Source: Candidatus Latescibacterota bacterium
Lineage (GTDB): Bacteria > Latescibacterota > UBA2968
Length of the DNA stretch: 64,000 bases
Assembly (NCBI GenBank): GCA_965204375.1
Contig: OZ241986.1
Location: 3,296,001 to 3,360,000 of the forward strand
Reading direction: 5' to 3'
The notes under the pieces are model-generated. The model made no database searches and was not told where the DNA came from. It saw nothing but the letters and a program-made list of their open reading frames with translations. Position numbers and translations under genes: made by a program. Of the stretch, positions 1 through 10,090 are shown one piece after another. Position 1 is the stretch's first letter; each line of letters opens with the position of its first letter.

Positions 1-174
1 GCGATACCCAACGGACACAGCCAAAAAGGGCGGCGTCAAACCATCGGGCATCATCTCGACGGGCATGCGCACATACGCCACCGCCCCCAGTACCAACAGC
101 GCGACAAGGCACATGGTAACGGACACGGGTCGCAACACCGAAATACGCGGTAAAAGAGAAGATTTGGAATTCAT
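1..174 (-). CDS. RND efflux transporter permease (AcrB/AcrD/AcrF family), N-terminal part, runs off window
   Basis: Manual translation from ATG 174: MNSKSSLLPRISVLRPVSVTMCLVALLVLGAVAYVRMPVEMMPDGLTPPFLAVSVGY; resembles AcrB-family N-terminus (RPV, TM1, LPVExxP). Not in ORF track. Confidence 0.75.
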   Translation of the reverse strand, partial: MNSKSSLLPRISVLRPVSVTMCLVALLVLGAVAYVRMPVEMMPDGLTPPFLAVSVGYR

Positions 175-413
175 GGTAAATTCAGTAGTTAGTTAGCGTC
201 ACCAGAGTATTGCTCTTAATTATCGAAGATTTACACAAATTTGGCAAACAAAGTTTGCGATGCTCTATCAGTCAAAATTAAAACTCTCGCTGCTAATTTA
301 AGTTGCATTCTAATATAAGGTACATAAATTATAAGAGATCTAAAAACCTATCGAGAAGACCATCTCCCCGACGAAAAATCGCCCAAAACTCCTCATTAAC
401 ACAGGAGCAGGCC

Positions 414-1436
414 ATGACTGACCAGATTGCAGAACTTCGCGTATCCAACGATGCGATCGACGATTCGGAAGAGTTGCGGCGGCGCATTCGTGAAGAAGGC
501 TACCTCTTCTTCCGCAAATTGCAGAACCCGGACAAACTCTGGGAGTTGCGGCGGCAAATGCTCAACAAAATGACACCCTGGCTCATCGAGGGAACCGATC
601 CCATAGATGGCATTGCCGATATTTCCAGGCAATGTACCGAAGGCGACCCCGAATACACCGACGTATATCACGAAGTGTACAAACTCCAGGCCTTTCACCG
701 CATTGCCCATGAACCAGAAGTACTCGACCTGCTCGAAAAAGTGATGGATGGCCCTGTTTTTCCGCACCCGCACAAAGTCGCTCGCCTGTGGTTTCCCAAA
801 TACACGGCGCACACCACACCGATACACCAGGACTTTGTACACTTTCAGGGCAACTTCGACACCTACACCTGCTGGGCGCCTGTTGGCGACTGCCCTATTG
901 AACTGGGTGGCCTCGCCGTATTGCCCGGCTCTCACAAAATCAATGCCGTCATGGAACACCACTTCTCTCTCGGCGCGGGCAGCCTGTGCATCCACACCGA
1001 CGAATTGGAAGGCCAATGGCACAGCACGGACTACGAAATCGGCGACACCCTCATCTTTCCCGCACTCACAGTACATCAAGCCCTGCCAAACCTCACCGAA
1101 GACCGCCTTCGCGTCTCCCTCGACAACCGCTATCAAAAACTCGGCGACACCCTGTCTGAGCACATGCTCGAACCTCACCTGAACATCTTCAACAATCTCA
1201 CCTGGGATGACGTGTACAAAGACTGGGAAACCGACGACCTCAAATACTACTGGGAAAACCAGCACAACCGCGTCATACCCCGCGACCTCAGCTATTCGGA
1301 AAAAGGGTTTGCAGAAGCCCTCGAACTGGCTAAAGCGGGAGATAAACGCGCACATCTTGCTATGAATCGCGCCATACGACGCGATCCAAACTCACCTCAG
1401 GCCAAAGCTGCCAGAAAAGCTCTGGCACTTGCGTGA
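414..1436 (+). CDS. Phytanoyl-CoA dioxygenase (PhyH)-family Fe(II)/2-oxoglutarate dioxygenase
   Basis: HQD and distal H (VHQALPN) facial triad, TCWAPVGD..LGGLAVLPGSH, RVSLDNRY; AGGAG RBS before ATG 414. Confidence 0.85.
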   Translation: MTDQIAELRVSNDAIDDSEELRRRIREEGYLFFRKLQNPDKLWELRRQMLNKMTPWLIEGTDPIDGIADISRQCTEGDPEYTDVYHEVYKLQAFHRIAHEPEVLDLLEKVMDGPVFPHPHKVARLWFPKYTAHTTPIHQDFVHFQGNFDTYTCWAPVGDCPIELGGLAVLPGSHKINAVMEHHFSLGAGSLCIHTDELEGQWHSTDYEIGDTLIFPALTVHQALPNLTEDRLRVSLDNRYQKLGDTLSEHMLEPHLNIFNNLTWDDVYKDWETDDLKYYWENQHNRVIPRDLSYSEKGFAEALELAKAGDKRAHLAMNRAIRRDPNSPQAKAARKALALA

Positions 1437-1544
1437 TCGACATCATTTTCATACAACGCTTTTTCTCCAAGGAGGTTTCTATTTTTAGGCATGGCTTTTA
1501 TCAAGACAGATGTTAACACAACTCTTTCCCCAAGGGAGGATTCT

Positions 1545-3152
1545 ATGTTGAGACACATTCGCAGTATTGTTATCATAACTCTCGCCGCAGGACTGATGTG
1601 GAACTGTGGCGGCGAGCGCGTCACGCAGTCAGAAACCGGAACAGATGAACAAGTTGGACGTCCCCTGAGCAAATTGGTCGCGCACGGAGATGTCGTACAG
1701 GCTCAGGTAAGGGTCACTCTGCATCGCGATGGCACACCTGTAAGTGGCGCAACTGTAGAATTTTCGCGCTCCATTGCAGGACACGCCCCTGACTATCATT
1801 GGTCGGGCACAACCGATGACCATGGTCATGCGTGGGTAGAAATCAAATCGGGCAATGGGTATTACCAGGCGCGTGCCTTGCAGGACGGGGTCGAGATCGG
1901 TTCATGGTCCAGCATACCAATCAACGCGGGCTACGAAGTCATGCTCGATTTGCCCATTGGTAGAAAAGCACATGTAACCGGTTCATCCATGCGTTCCCTG
2001 GTCGAGATTGACGAAGGCGAAGCCGTGCAAATTCGTTCGTTGCTCACACATACCATCGCGGCATCGCTTGGCGGGCCATCGCGGCACGCTATTGAGTTGG
2101 CCGTGCAAGACTTCGGCATGATCCACGGCCATGAGGTCGAACTCGGCGAACCAATAGATACCGGGTGTGGACCAGAGGGCGGGCACCACGGCGCAGAACA
2201 TATTATAGAGAACCCACAGGTGCTCGGCGTCATCGGCACATCCTGCTCCGGCGCGGCAGTGGCGGCCTCACCGGTGATCAGCGCGGCGGGTCTCGTGATG
2301 ATCTCGCCATCCAATACCTCGCCAGCACTCACCTCCGACCTCGCCGGCAACGCGAGTCCCAACTATCACCCCGGCTATTTCCGCGTTTCGGTCAACGATC
2401 TCTATCAGGCGCAGGCAGTTGCCGACTTCGCATATAACGAACTGGGCCTGAGACGCATGGCGGCCATCGACGATGGCGATCCGTACACCATGGGCCTTAC
2501 CATCGCGTTTGGCAATGCATTTGGCGCTATCGGAGGCGAAGTCGCGGCTACCGCCACAATCGCAAAAGGGCAGACGGATATGGCATCCGTCCTCACGGAA
2601 TTTGCAGCAGCCACACCAGACGGCATCTTCTTCCCCCTCTTCGACGAGGAAGGCATACCTTTCGCCGAGCAGGTGCGGGAACACGACAGCCTGAAAGACG
2701 CGACACTCATCGCGGGTGCGGCTCTCCTCGACTCGAAGTTCCTCGCTATACCGCAGTCAGAAGGTGCTTACGCGGCAGGACCAGAGACAGACCTCGGCAC
2801 AAATGTCAATGCTACAACTGGCAAGAGCGTAGATGAAGTGCTCGCCGCATACTCAGCCGCGTATGGCGGGTTTCCAATCACGCCTTACTGGGCGCACTCT
2901 TACGACGCCACAACGCTGCTGCTCAACGCCATCGAGATTGTTGCAGGTGAAGATGACGGAAAATTGTATGTAGATCGCGCCGCGCTGCGCCGGGAACTCC
3001 ATCATACATCCGGCTTTCAGGGTCTCCTCGGCACACTCAACTGCGACGAATTCGGAGACTGCGGCACCGGGCGCATAAACATCTACCACCACACAGATTT
3101 GAACATCACAGACCCCGCGCAATTGCCTGTGGTCTATCGGTTCTCGCCGTAA
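1545..3152 (+). CDS. Lipoprotein: N-terminal beta-sandwich module plus branched-chain amino acid ABC (LivJ-type) substrate-binding domain
   Basis: GGGAGG RBS, signal peptide ending LMWNC; GVIGTSCSG, MISPSNTSPALT, YFRV..ND, AHSYDAT motifs of Peripla_BP_6. Confidence 0.8.
   Translation: MLRHIRSIVIITLAAGLMWNCGGERVTQSETGTDEQVGRPLSKLVAHGDVVQAQVRVTLHRDGTPVSGATVEFSRSIAGHAPDYHWSGTTDDHGHAWVEIKSGNGYYQARALQDGVEIGSWSSIPINAGYEVMLDLPIGRKAHVTGSSMRSLVEIDEGEAVQIRSLLTHTIAASLGGPSRHAIELAVQDFGMIHGHEVELGEPIDTGCGPEGGHHGAEHIIENPQVLGVIGTSCSGAAVAASPVISAAGLVMISPSNTSPALTSDLAGNASPNYHPGYFRVSVNDLYQAQAVADFAYNELGLRRMAAIDDGDPYTMGLTIAFGNAFGAIGGEVAATATIAKGQTDMASVLTEFAAATPDGIFFPLFDEEGIPFAEQVREHDSLKDATLIAGAALLDSKFLAIPQSEGAYAAGPETDLGTNVNATTGKSVDEVLAAYSAAYGGFPITPYWAHSYDATTLLLNAIEIVAGEDDGKLYVDRAALRRELHHTSGFQGLLGTLNCDEFGDCGTGRINIYHHTDLNITDPAQLPVVYRFSP
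1584..1986 (+). repeat. Copy 1 of ~400-bp duplicated N-terminal coding module
   Basis: Visibly near-identical DNA and protein to ~3297-3698 (AAGLMWNCGGERVTQS...LHRDGTPVSGATVEFSRSIAG...WSSIPINAGY...LPIG). Confidence 0.9.
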
Positions 3153-3177
3153 AACCTTAAAATAGCAAGGTCCGCCA

Positions 3178-3218
3178 GGTCACCGATACATTACCGGCTC
3201 AGCAATGTATCGGTGGCT
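3178..3218 (+). other. Intergenic 15-bp stem-loop
   Basis: ggtcaccgatacatt / aatgtatcggtggct inverted repeat with G-U pairs on + strand. Confidence 0.6.
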
Positions 3219-3248
3219 TTGGGGCTGGACTACGAGGAGGGAATCATC

Positions 3249-4184
3249 TTGAAGCATATAACAGCAGTAACCCTCTGGGGATTGGTCTGCGTCTTTGCCG
3301 CAGGGCTGATGTGGAACTGCGGCGGAGAGCGCGTGACGCAGTCAAAAGTCGGAACAGAGGAACAGATTGGACATCCCCTGAGCAAATTGGCAGCAGCCCA
3401 TCACAAAGCGCAGGCTGTGGTCATGGTCAATTTGCATCGTGATGGCACACCAGTAAGTGGTGCAACCGTAGAATTTTCGCGCTCTATTGCCGGACAGGCA
3501 CCAGCCTATGAGTGGTCAGGCACAACAGATGAAAAAGGTCAGACACTGGTGGAAATCGCATCGGGCAATGGTTATTACCAGGCGCGTGCCTCGCAGGACG
3601 GGGTCGAGATCGGCTCCTGGTCCAGCATACCAATTAACGCTGGCTATAAGGTCATACTCAATTTGCCCATTGGTGGAAAAGCACAGGTGAAGGGCTCATA
3701 CTCTCTGGAGCCAACAAAGCAGATCACGGCCAGGGATGTAGTAGATAAGAAAACCCTGAAAGCATTTGTAGAAGCCGCAAAAGAATATGCTAAAAACTTC
3801 CCCTTTTCCGAGGACATCGAAGCAGAATTCAGACAAGAGGGAGGCCGGTGGAAACACGAATCCATCTATCTCGCAGTTTTAAACAGCGATGGCGTCATAG
3901 TGTATCACGCAGCCAATTCGGCTCTCGAAGGGCAAAACCTGATCGACTTTGAAGATCCCAATGGCGTCAAATACGTCCAGGAACTCATCGCCGCAGCCGC
4001 TGCAGGTGGTGGTTTTGTCGCGTATTACTTCGATAATCCAGCAGTAGATGAGAATGGGGATGGCGAATTAGTAGGTGATCCTATTGGCTCACCTAAAATA
4101 AGTTATGCCATCCCAATCACTGACTCACAAACCGGCATGCAATTAACCCTGGTCTCTGGCTTTTATCCGCAGGTGAAAGAATGA
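3249..4184 (+). CDS. Lipoprotein: same N-terminal module plus single Cache (sCache_2-like) domain
   Basis: GAGGAGG RBS then TTG 3249; LMWNC lipobox; IYLAVLNSDG..YHAANSALEGQNLIDFEDPNG..VQELI..A..GGGFV.YYFDNP..KISYA..SGFY. Confidence 0.75.
   Translation: MKHITAVTLWGLVCVFAAGLMWNCGGERVTQSKVGTEEQIGHPLSKLAAAHHKAQAVVMVNLHRDGTPVSGATVEFSRSIAGQAPAYEWSGTTDEKGQTLVEIASGNGYYQARASQDGVEIGSWSSIPINAGYKVILNLPIGGKAQVKGSYSLEPTKQITARDVVDKKTLKAFVEAAKEYAKNFPFSEDIEAEFRQEGGRWKHESIYLAVLNSDGVIVYHAANSALEGQNLIDFEDPNGVKYVQELIAAAAAGGGFVAYYFDNPAVDENGDGELVGDPIGSPKISYAIPITDSQTGMQLTLVSGFYPQVKE
3297..3698 (+). repeat. Copy 2 of ~400-bp duplicated N-terminal coding module
   Basis: See copy 1 at 1584-1986. Confidence 0.9.
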
Positions 4185-5638
4185 GAAGGGGTATGGGAAG
4201 AAAACGAAAACTTTCAGACAGGACGGATAACAGCCTCCAGATGGCTCCCGAACTCATGCTTGAACTCGCGCGCAAAGCCGCGGAGCTTTTGGTAGCGCGA
4301 ACCGAGACCTTGCCCGGGGAAAATGCCTGGGATGGAGAGTTCCGGCATGGACTGGAGAAACAACTCCTGAACGATCCGCCCGAAGCTGGACGGCCCCCAG
4401 TGGAAGTCATTGAGCAGGCCGCACGCGAGATTCTCCCAATTGCGATGCGACTGGACCACCCGCGTTGCTTCGCGTTTATCCCATCGTCACCCACATGGCC
4501 CGGTGTGCTGGCCGATTTCATGGCCGCCGGATACAACGTCAACGCATGCACCTGGTTGGTCGGGAGCGGTCCGAGTCAACTCGAATTGGTCGTCATTGAT
4601 TGGTTGCGACAGTGGGTCGGCTACCCGGAAAGCGCGGGTGGGCTTTTGACGAGCGGAGGCTCCGCAGCCAGCCTCAATGCCCTCGTCGCAGCGCGAGAAG
4701 CAGCGGGCCATCCCGAACGCGCCACAGTGTATATGAGCGACCAGAGCCATAGCGCGCACATACGAGCAGCCAGGATCATCGGCGTCAGACCAGAGTGCAT
4801 ACGCCTGATACCGAGCGACGACCTCTTCCGCCTGGACATGGAAGCACTCGCACAGGCTGTAGCCGATGACCGCACAACGGGATTTAATCCCATTGCAGTA
4901 TGCGCCAACGCCGGAACGAGCAGTACCGGGACAATTGATCCGATCGAAGCCATGGCAGACTACTGTGAATCAGAAGGTATATGGCTACACATTGACGCTG
5001 CTTACGGCGGCTTCGCTGTCGTGACCGAGCAAGGCAAGGAACTCCTGCGCGGAATCGAACAGGCAGATTCCATCGGGCTGGATGCGCACAAATGGTTCTT
5101 CCAGCCTTATGAGGCCGGCTGTCTGCTGGTCAAAAACCTGAGTACACTTGAAAACGCCTTCGGCGTTCACCACGATATTCTCCAGGACACAATATGGGGT
5201 GCGAATCACCCAAACTTCTCGGATCGCGGCCTGCAACTGAGCCGATCAGCACGCGCATTAAAAATCTGGATGTCCGTCCAGACCTTTGGAATGGACGCAT
5301 TTCGGCAGGCTGTAGCAAAAGGAATGGAACTGGCCGCCCGCGCCGAGGCATTCGTCCGTGAAAGCCAAACCCTGGAAATGTTGAACCCCGCATCGCTGGG
5401 GATTGTATGCTTCCGCATCAACCCCGCTGACACAGCTATTGAAGAGGAAGAACTCACAGAAATCAACAAGACAATACTCGCTCGCATCTTTTGGGAAGAC
5501 AAAGCCTTTATATCCTCGACGCTTCTGCATGGAAAGTTTTCACTCCGGCTGTGCATCGCCAACCACACCACGAACTGGGACGATGTGCGCGAGACCCTTG
5601 AGGCTACCGAGAGATTCGGTCGAGAGGCGTTAGCCTAA
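4181..5638 (+). CDS. Group II PLP-dependent amino acid decarboxylase (aromatic-L-amino-acid decarboxylase-like)
   Basis: DHPRCFAFIP, TSGGS, WLHIDAAYGG, DAHKW (PLP lysine), LSRSARALKIW; start could also be 4193 or 4241. Confidence 0.9.
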   Translation: MRRGMGRKRKLSDRTDNSLQMAPELMLELARKAAELLVARTETLPGENAWDGEFRHGLEKQLLNDPPEAGRPPVEVIEQAAREILPIAMRLDHPRCFAFIPSSPTWPGVLADFMAAGYNVNACTWLVGSGPSQLELVVIDWLRQWVGYPESAGGLLTSGGSAASLNALVAAREAAGHPERATVYMSDQSHSAHIRAARIIGVRPECIRLIPSDDLFRLDMEALAQAVADDRTTGFNPIAVCANAGTSSTGTIDPIEAMADYCESEGIWLHIDAAYGGFAVVTEQGKELLRGIEQADSIGLDAHKWFFQPYEAGCLLVKNLSTLENAFGVHHDILQDTIWGANHPNFSDRGLQLSRSARALKIWMSVQTFGMDAFRQAVAKGMELAARAEAFVRESQTLEMLNPASLGIVCFRINPADTAIEEEELTEINKTILARIFWEDKAFISSTLLHGKFSLRLCIANHTTNWDDVRETLEATERFGREALA

Positions 5639-5640
5639 TA

Positions 5641-5673
5641 AAAAAAGCCGCGAGCATAACTCGCGGCTTTTTT
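5641..5673. terminator. Bidirectional intrinsic terminator
   Basis: aaaaaagccgcgag-cataa-ctcgcggctttttt between convergent genes. Confidence 0.85.
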
Positions 5674-5685
5674 AAATCCCCTGAC

Positions 5686-8502
5686 TCAATCACCCACGCG
5701 CTGCAACCCAGGACCCTTCTCGTAGTAATAGCTCCCCGGAAAGAACTTTTCATTATCGGACATCGACTCAACCAACCGCACCTCTGCCGCACACACCTTG
5801 TACTCCGCTGTCCCCGTCACCGCATCGCCCACATCATTGGTCAGCACATTGGCGCGCGCCTCGGCAAAATGCAACGGCATCCAGATACACCCCGGGCGCA
5901 CTTGCCGCGACAAAATAGCCCGCAACTGCACACGCCCGCGCCGCGTCGTCACCTCCACCACATCCCCGTGATGAACACCCCGCTTCCGCGCATCGCTCGG
6001 ATGCAACTCCACAAAAGCCTCGGACTGTTTGGCATCAAGCCCGGACTCTCGGCGCGTCTGTGTTGCGGCATTGTAGTGATACAGCGTGCGTCCCGTAGAA
6101 AGAAAAAGACCGTAATCTTCATCCGGCAATTCCACCGGTGGGATATAATGCACGGGCATAAACAATCCCTTACCGCGCAAAATGCCATCTTCGTGTAAAA
6201 ATTTTGTACCCGGATGATCCGCATCGGGGCACGGCCACTGTAAACCCGCTATGCTCTCTTCACCTGCTACGCGATCTATCTTTTCCAATTTCTCGTGACT
6301 GATACCGGCAAATTGGGGAACGTCTTTAACCATCTCGGCATAAACTTCCGCTGGATCTTTATACGACCAATTCGCGCCCATCTTATTCGCCAGCATAACC
6401 AGAATCTCCCAATCTGGAAGCGCTTCCCCAGGGGGGTCAACCGCTTTGCGAACCCTCTGAATGCGGCGCTCTGAATTGGTAAACGTACCCTCCTTCTCGG
6501 CAAACACGGCTGCGGGCAAAATCACATCGGCAAAACGCGCCGTCTCATTCATAAACGCATCCTGCATCACGATAAAATCGACATTATTCAACCCCTTCTC
6601 CAACTCCAAAACATTGGGTTCCGATAACACAATATCTTCACCCATCACAAAAAAACCGCGCATCTGTTTGCCCACCGTCTTCATCATCTCATTGAGATTC
6701 AGACCCGGCACCGGGGACAGTGGAACACCCCAGGACTTTTCGTACTTTGCCCGCACTTCGGGATCATCCACACGCTGATAACCCGGATAAAACATCGGTG
6801 TGGCACCCGCATCATTTGCACCCTGCACATTGTTCTGTCCGCGCAGGGGATTCATCCCCATCGATGGTTTGCCCAGATGCCCTGTCATCAAAACCAGATT
6901 TGCAAGCGCATACACATTATCCGTACCGTGTGCGTGTTCCGTAATGCCCAGCGTATAGTATATACCCGCTTTTTCCGTCGTAGCGTACTGCCGCGCTGTC
7001 CAGCGAATATCATCTGCTGAAATACCCGTTATCTCCTCCGCCTTTTCGGGTGTATAAGACGCGACAGCCTCTTTGACCTGCTCAAAATTTTCAGTCTGAT
7101 TTTCGATAAACTCGCGGTCAATCAAATCCTCTGCCACAATCACATGCGCCATGGCATTGAGCAACCACACATCTGTACCGGGATTGAGTTGTAAATGCTT
7201 TTCCGCAATAGACGTCATCCAGATCGCCCTGGGATCGGCGACAACGAGAGTCGCGCCTTTGCGAATTGCGCGCTTCATTTCCATAGCGATAATCGGATGT
7301 GCCTCGCTCGTATTGCTGCCAATCACAAACAGAAAATCAGCATCGCGTATCTCGCCAATTGAATTTGTCATAGCACCCGCACCAAATGTTTCGACCAGAC
7401 CGGCCACAGTTGGCGCGTGTCACGTGGCCGCGCACTGATGGACGTGATTTGCCCGAAACAGCGCGCGCGCCATTTTCTGAACGAGAAAATTTTCCTCCAT
7501 CGTACACCGCGACGAACTCACAAAACCCAGAGCATCTGCGCCGTATCGCTCTGCAACCCCCAACAACCCCTTTGCTGCTCTTTCGAGCGCATCGTCCCAT
7601 GTAGTTGGATACAACACACCATCCTCACCCCGCACAAGCGGCTGCGTCAACCGGTCTTTGTGGTGAACAAAGTCATAAGCAAAGCGTCCCTTGACACACA
7701 AATTGCCGTCATTGGTCGTCGTGCCCGGCGGTGGACTCGTCACCTTTACAATCTGCCCCTTGCCATCTCGTCCTTCTGAATCCACATTGAGATCGAGTTG
7801 ACAGCCCACCCCACAAAAGTTGCAAGTTGATCGCACCTTTACCAGTTCGCGCTCGGGTTTTTGCCCGCGCATCAGTGGCAATTTTTCATTCATCGCGCCG
7901 GTCGGACACACATCAATACATCCACCGCATAACTCGCACGTCGTATCCAGCAGTGATTTTTCTTCCACCGTAGAAATCGTCGTATGCGACCCTCTACCCG
8001 CAAGGGTAATAGCCGAAACACCTTCTATTTCCTCGCAATAGCGCACGCATCGCGCACACGCAATACAGGTATCGGGATTAAAATCCACATAGGGATTGCG
8101 ATCCTCTCGATCTCCCCGCATCGGCTGCATCCAGCCCCAATCCATCGGCGCGTCGAACTCGGCAGCCATATCCAGCAATAAATCCGGCGACCCCACTTCC
8201 GATACTGCGCGCTCGTGTGGATGATCGGTCATATACAAAGCCATCAGGGTTTGGCGGTGACGATCAATGCGCTCATTCTCGGTCGTCACCACCATATCGT
8301 CTTGTGCCATGCGCGCACAGGCCGGCGTCATCAATCGTTCTCCTGCAACTTCCACGAGACAAGAGCGACACGCACCCGCGGGTTCTAAACGCGGATCGTG
8401 ACACAGAGTCGGAATTTCCAATCCCTGACGAGATGTAATGTCCAGCAGGGTCTCGCCTTCGGCAAAGCATACCGTCTGTCCGTTCAATGTCAGTTCATTC
8501 AT
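5686..8502 (-). CDS. fdhF: Selenocysteine-containing formate dehydrogenase alpha subunit (FdsA/FdhF type, with N-terminal FeS domains), 938 aa
   Basis: ORFs 7420..8532 and 5686..7407 are in one frame joined by TGA 7420-7422: HQCAAT-U-HAPTVAGLVETFGAGAMTNS, the Mo/W-ligand position; PLRGQNNVQG, EKEGTFTNSERR, STCNFCGVGC, 2Fe-2S and 2x4Fe-4S motifs. Confidence 0.92.
7378..7422 (-). promoter_or_regulatory. Bacterial SECIS element directly after the UGA(Sec) codon
   Basis: UGA CA CGCGCCAA C UGU GGCC GGUCU GGUC GAA ACA U UUGGUGCG folds into a hairpin with apical GGUCU, as in E. coli fdhF SECIS (GCAGGUCUGC). Confidence 0.8.
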
Positions 8503-10090
8503 CAAATTCCTCGGGGAAAAATTTTTGGGCACTCGTCAGGGGGAGAGCAGCGATTTGCCCAAGACCACATATCGAACCCTCATTCATTTGCCACGCCACA
8601 TCTGCCGCGTGTTGCAAATGAGGTTTGTCGTCCTGTTCCCGATTGCAAATGCGATTTTCAAGTGCCTCGTGTAAATACCGCGTACCAATGCGACAAGGGG
8701 CACATTGCCCGCAGCTTTCATCGTGAAAAAATCTCAACTGTTGACTGACCGACCATTTCATATCCACCGTGTCGTTCAACACCACCACGCCGGCCGAGCC
8801 GAGCAGCGAACCCAACCCATCCATAGTCTTAAAATCCAACGGCTGATCTCTGTATTTAGCCGGCAAAAATCCCGAACTCGCACCCCCGGGACTAAACGCT
8901 TTCGGAGTGCCAATATATCCGCCCGCCTCTTCGACCAATTCATCCAAAGTCACGCCCAATGGCAACTCATAGACACCGGGGCGTTTGACATGCCCGCTAA
9001 TACAATACACTTTTGACCCCGCCTCTGTGCGCCCCAGATCGCGAAACCAATCGCCGCCTTTAGAAATAATCGAAGGCACGCACGCAATAGTCTCCACATT
9101 GTGAATAAGCGTGGGTTTTCCCCACAGGCCGTATTCTGTGGGATAGGGTGGGCGCAAACGCGGCATTCCGCGCTTGCCCTCCAAAGCCTCTAAAAGCGCC
9201 GTCTCCTCACCGCAAATATACGCACCCTGCCCCGAGTGCATGTGAAAACGGATATCGGGAAATATATCATGCGATTCAAACTCCGCAACAGCTTTTGCCA
9301 TCACAGCCTTTGGAAATGCAAACTCGCCCCGCAGGTACAAATAAACATCTCTCGCCCCGATTGTATAAGCCGCAATCGCCAATCCCTCAATGACCAGATC
9401 GGGACGACGCATCAAAATCTCCCTATCCTTAAATGTACCAGGCTCGCTCTCATCGCCATTTAGGACCACATAACGCACAATCTCTTTTTCTAAACACACG
9501 GCATTCCACTTAAAAGAAGCAGAAAAACCCGCACCACCGCGACCTTGCAGCCCCGACGTCTCTATTTCTTCAATAATTTCTTCGGGACGCATCTTCGCGG
9601 CCTTAGCAAACGCTTTGCCCGACCAATCGGCCCGCCCCAACAAATTGATCGCCATAGTATCAGCATCATCCCCCTCTGGTCCCACATGCCCCAACCAGCT
9701 TTTGCCACTGGACACTATCTCTGGCAGAAGCCTTGTCCAATCGCCTTCTGCCCGCACCACATCTTCGACCGATACAGCAGGCAACACATCGCGGTCTCGC
9801 AACACCGCAGGTGGACGATCACAAGCTGCCAGACATGAACACCCTATCGCGGGCAGGCCCGCATCTTCCATCGCCTGCAGCACCTGATCTGCACCCGCCA
9901 TGCGACACGACAAACCCGTGCAGACCCGCACTTTTTTGTCCGTATCCGTCAACAAATCAAAAAAGCTACCCACGCCATAGATCTGCGCTTCGGGAACGCC
10001 AGTTTGTTGCGATACCTCCCGCGATACGCCTGAATTTAATCCGCCGCCAATCTGGAGCAAATCGGGCACATCAGCCTGTTTTTTGTTCAT
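8495..10090 (-). CDS. NuoE-NuoF-like fusion (NAD/FMN-binding diaphorase subunit of NAD-dependent formate dehydrogenase)
   Basis: N-term VCTGLSC..CLAACDRPP (NuoE 2Fe-2S); SGLQGRGGAGF, NGDESEPGTFKDR, GAYICGEETALLEALEG, ESCGQCAPCRIG. Confidence 0.9.
   Translation of the reverse strand: MNKKQADVPDLLQIGGGLNSGVSREVSQQTGVPEAQIYGVGSFFDLLTDTDKKVRVCTGLSCRMAGADQVLQAMEDAGLPAIGCSCLAACDRPPAVLRDRDVLPAVSVEDVVRAEGDWTRLLPEIVSSGKSWLGHVGPEGDDADTMAINLLGRADWSGKAFAKAAKMRPEEIIEEIETSGLQGRGGAGFSASFKWNAVCLEKEIVRYVVLNGDESEPGTFKDREILMRRPDLVIEGLAIAAYTIGARDVYLYLRGEFAFPKAVMAKAVAEFESHDIFPDIRFHMHSGQGAYICGEETALLEALEGKRGMPRLRPPYPTEYGLWGKPTLIHNVETIACVPSIISKGGDWFRDLGRTEAGSKVYCISGHVKRPGVYELPLGVTLDELVEEAGGYIGTPKAFSPGGASSGFLPAKYRDQPLDFKTMDGLGSLLGSAGVVVLNDTVDMKWSVSQQLRFFHDESCGQCAPCRIGTRYLHEALENRICNREQDDKPHLQHAADVAWQMNEGSICGLGQIAALPLTSAQKFFPEEFDE

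Noticed and set aside
7420-7422. Premature stop suggesting an fdh pseudogene or two genes
   Set aside because: TGA is in frame at the metal-ligand position with a SECIS-like hairpin; Sec is the better explanation
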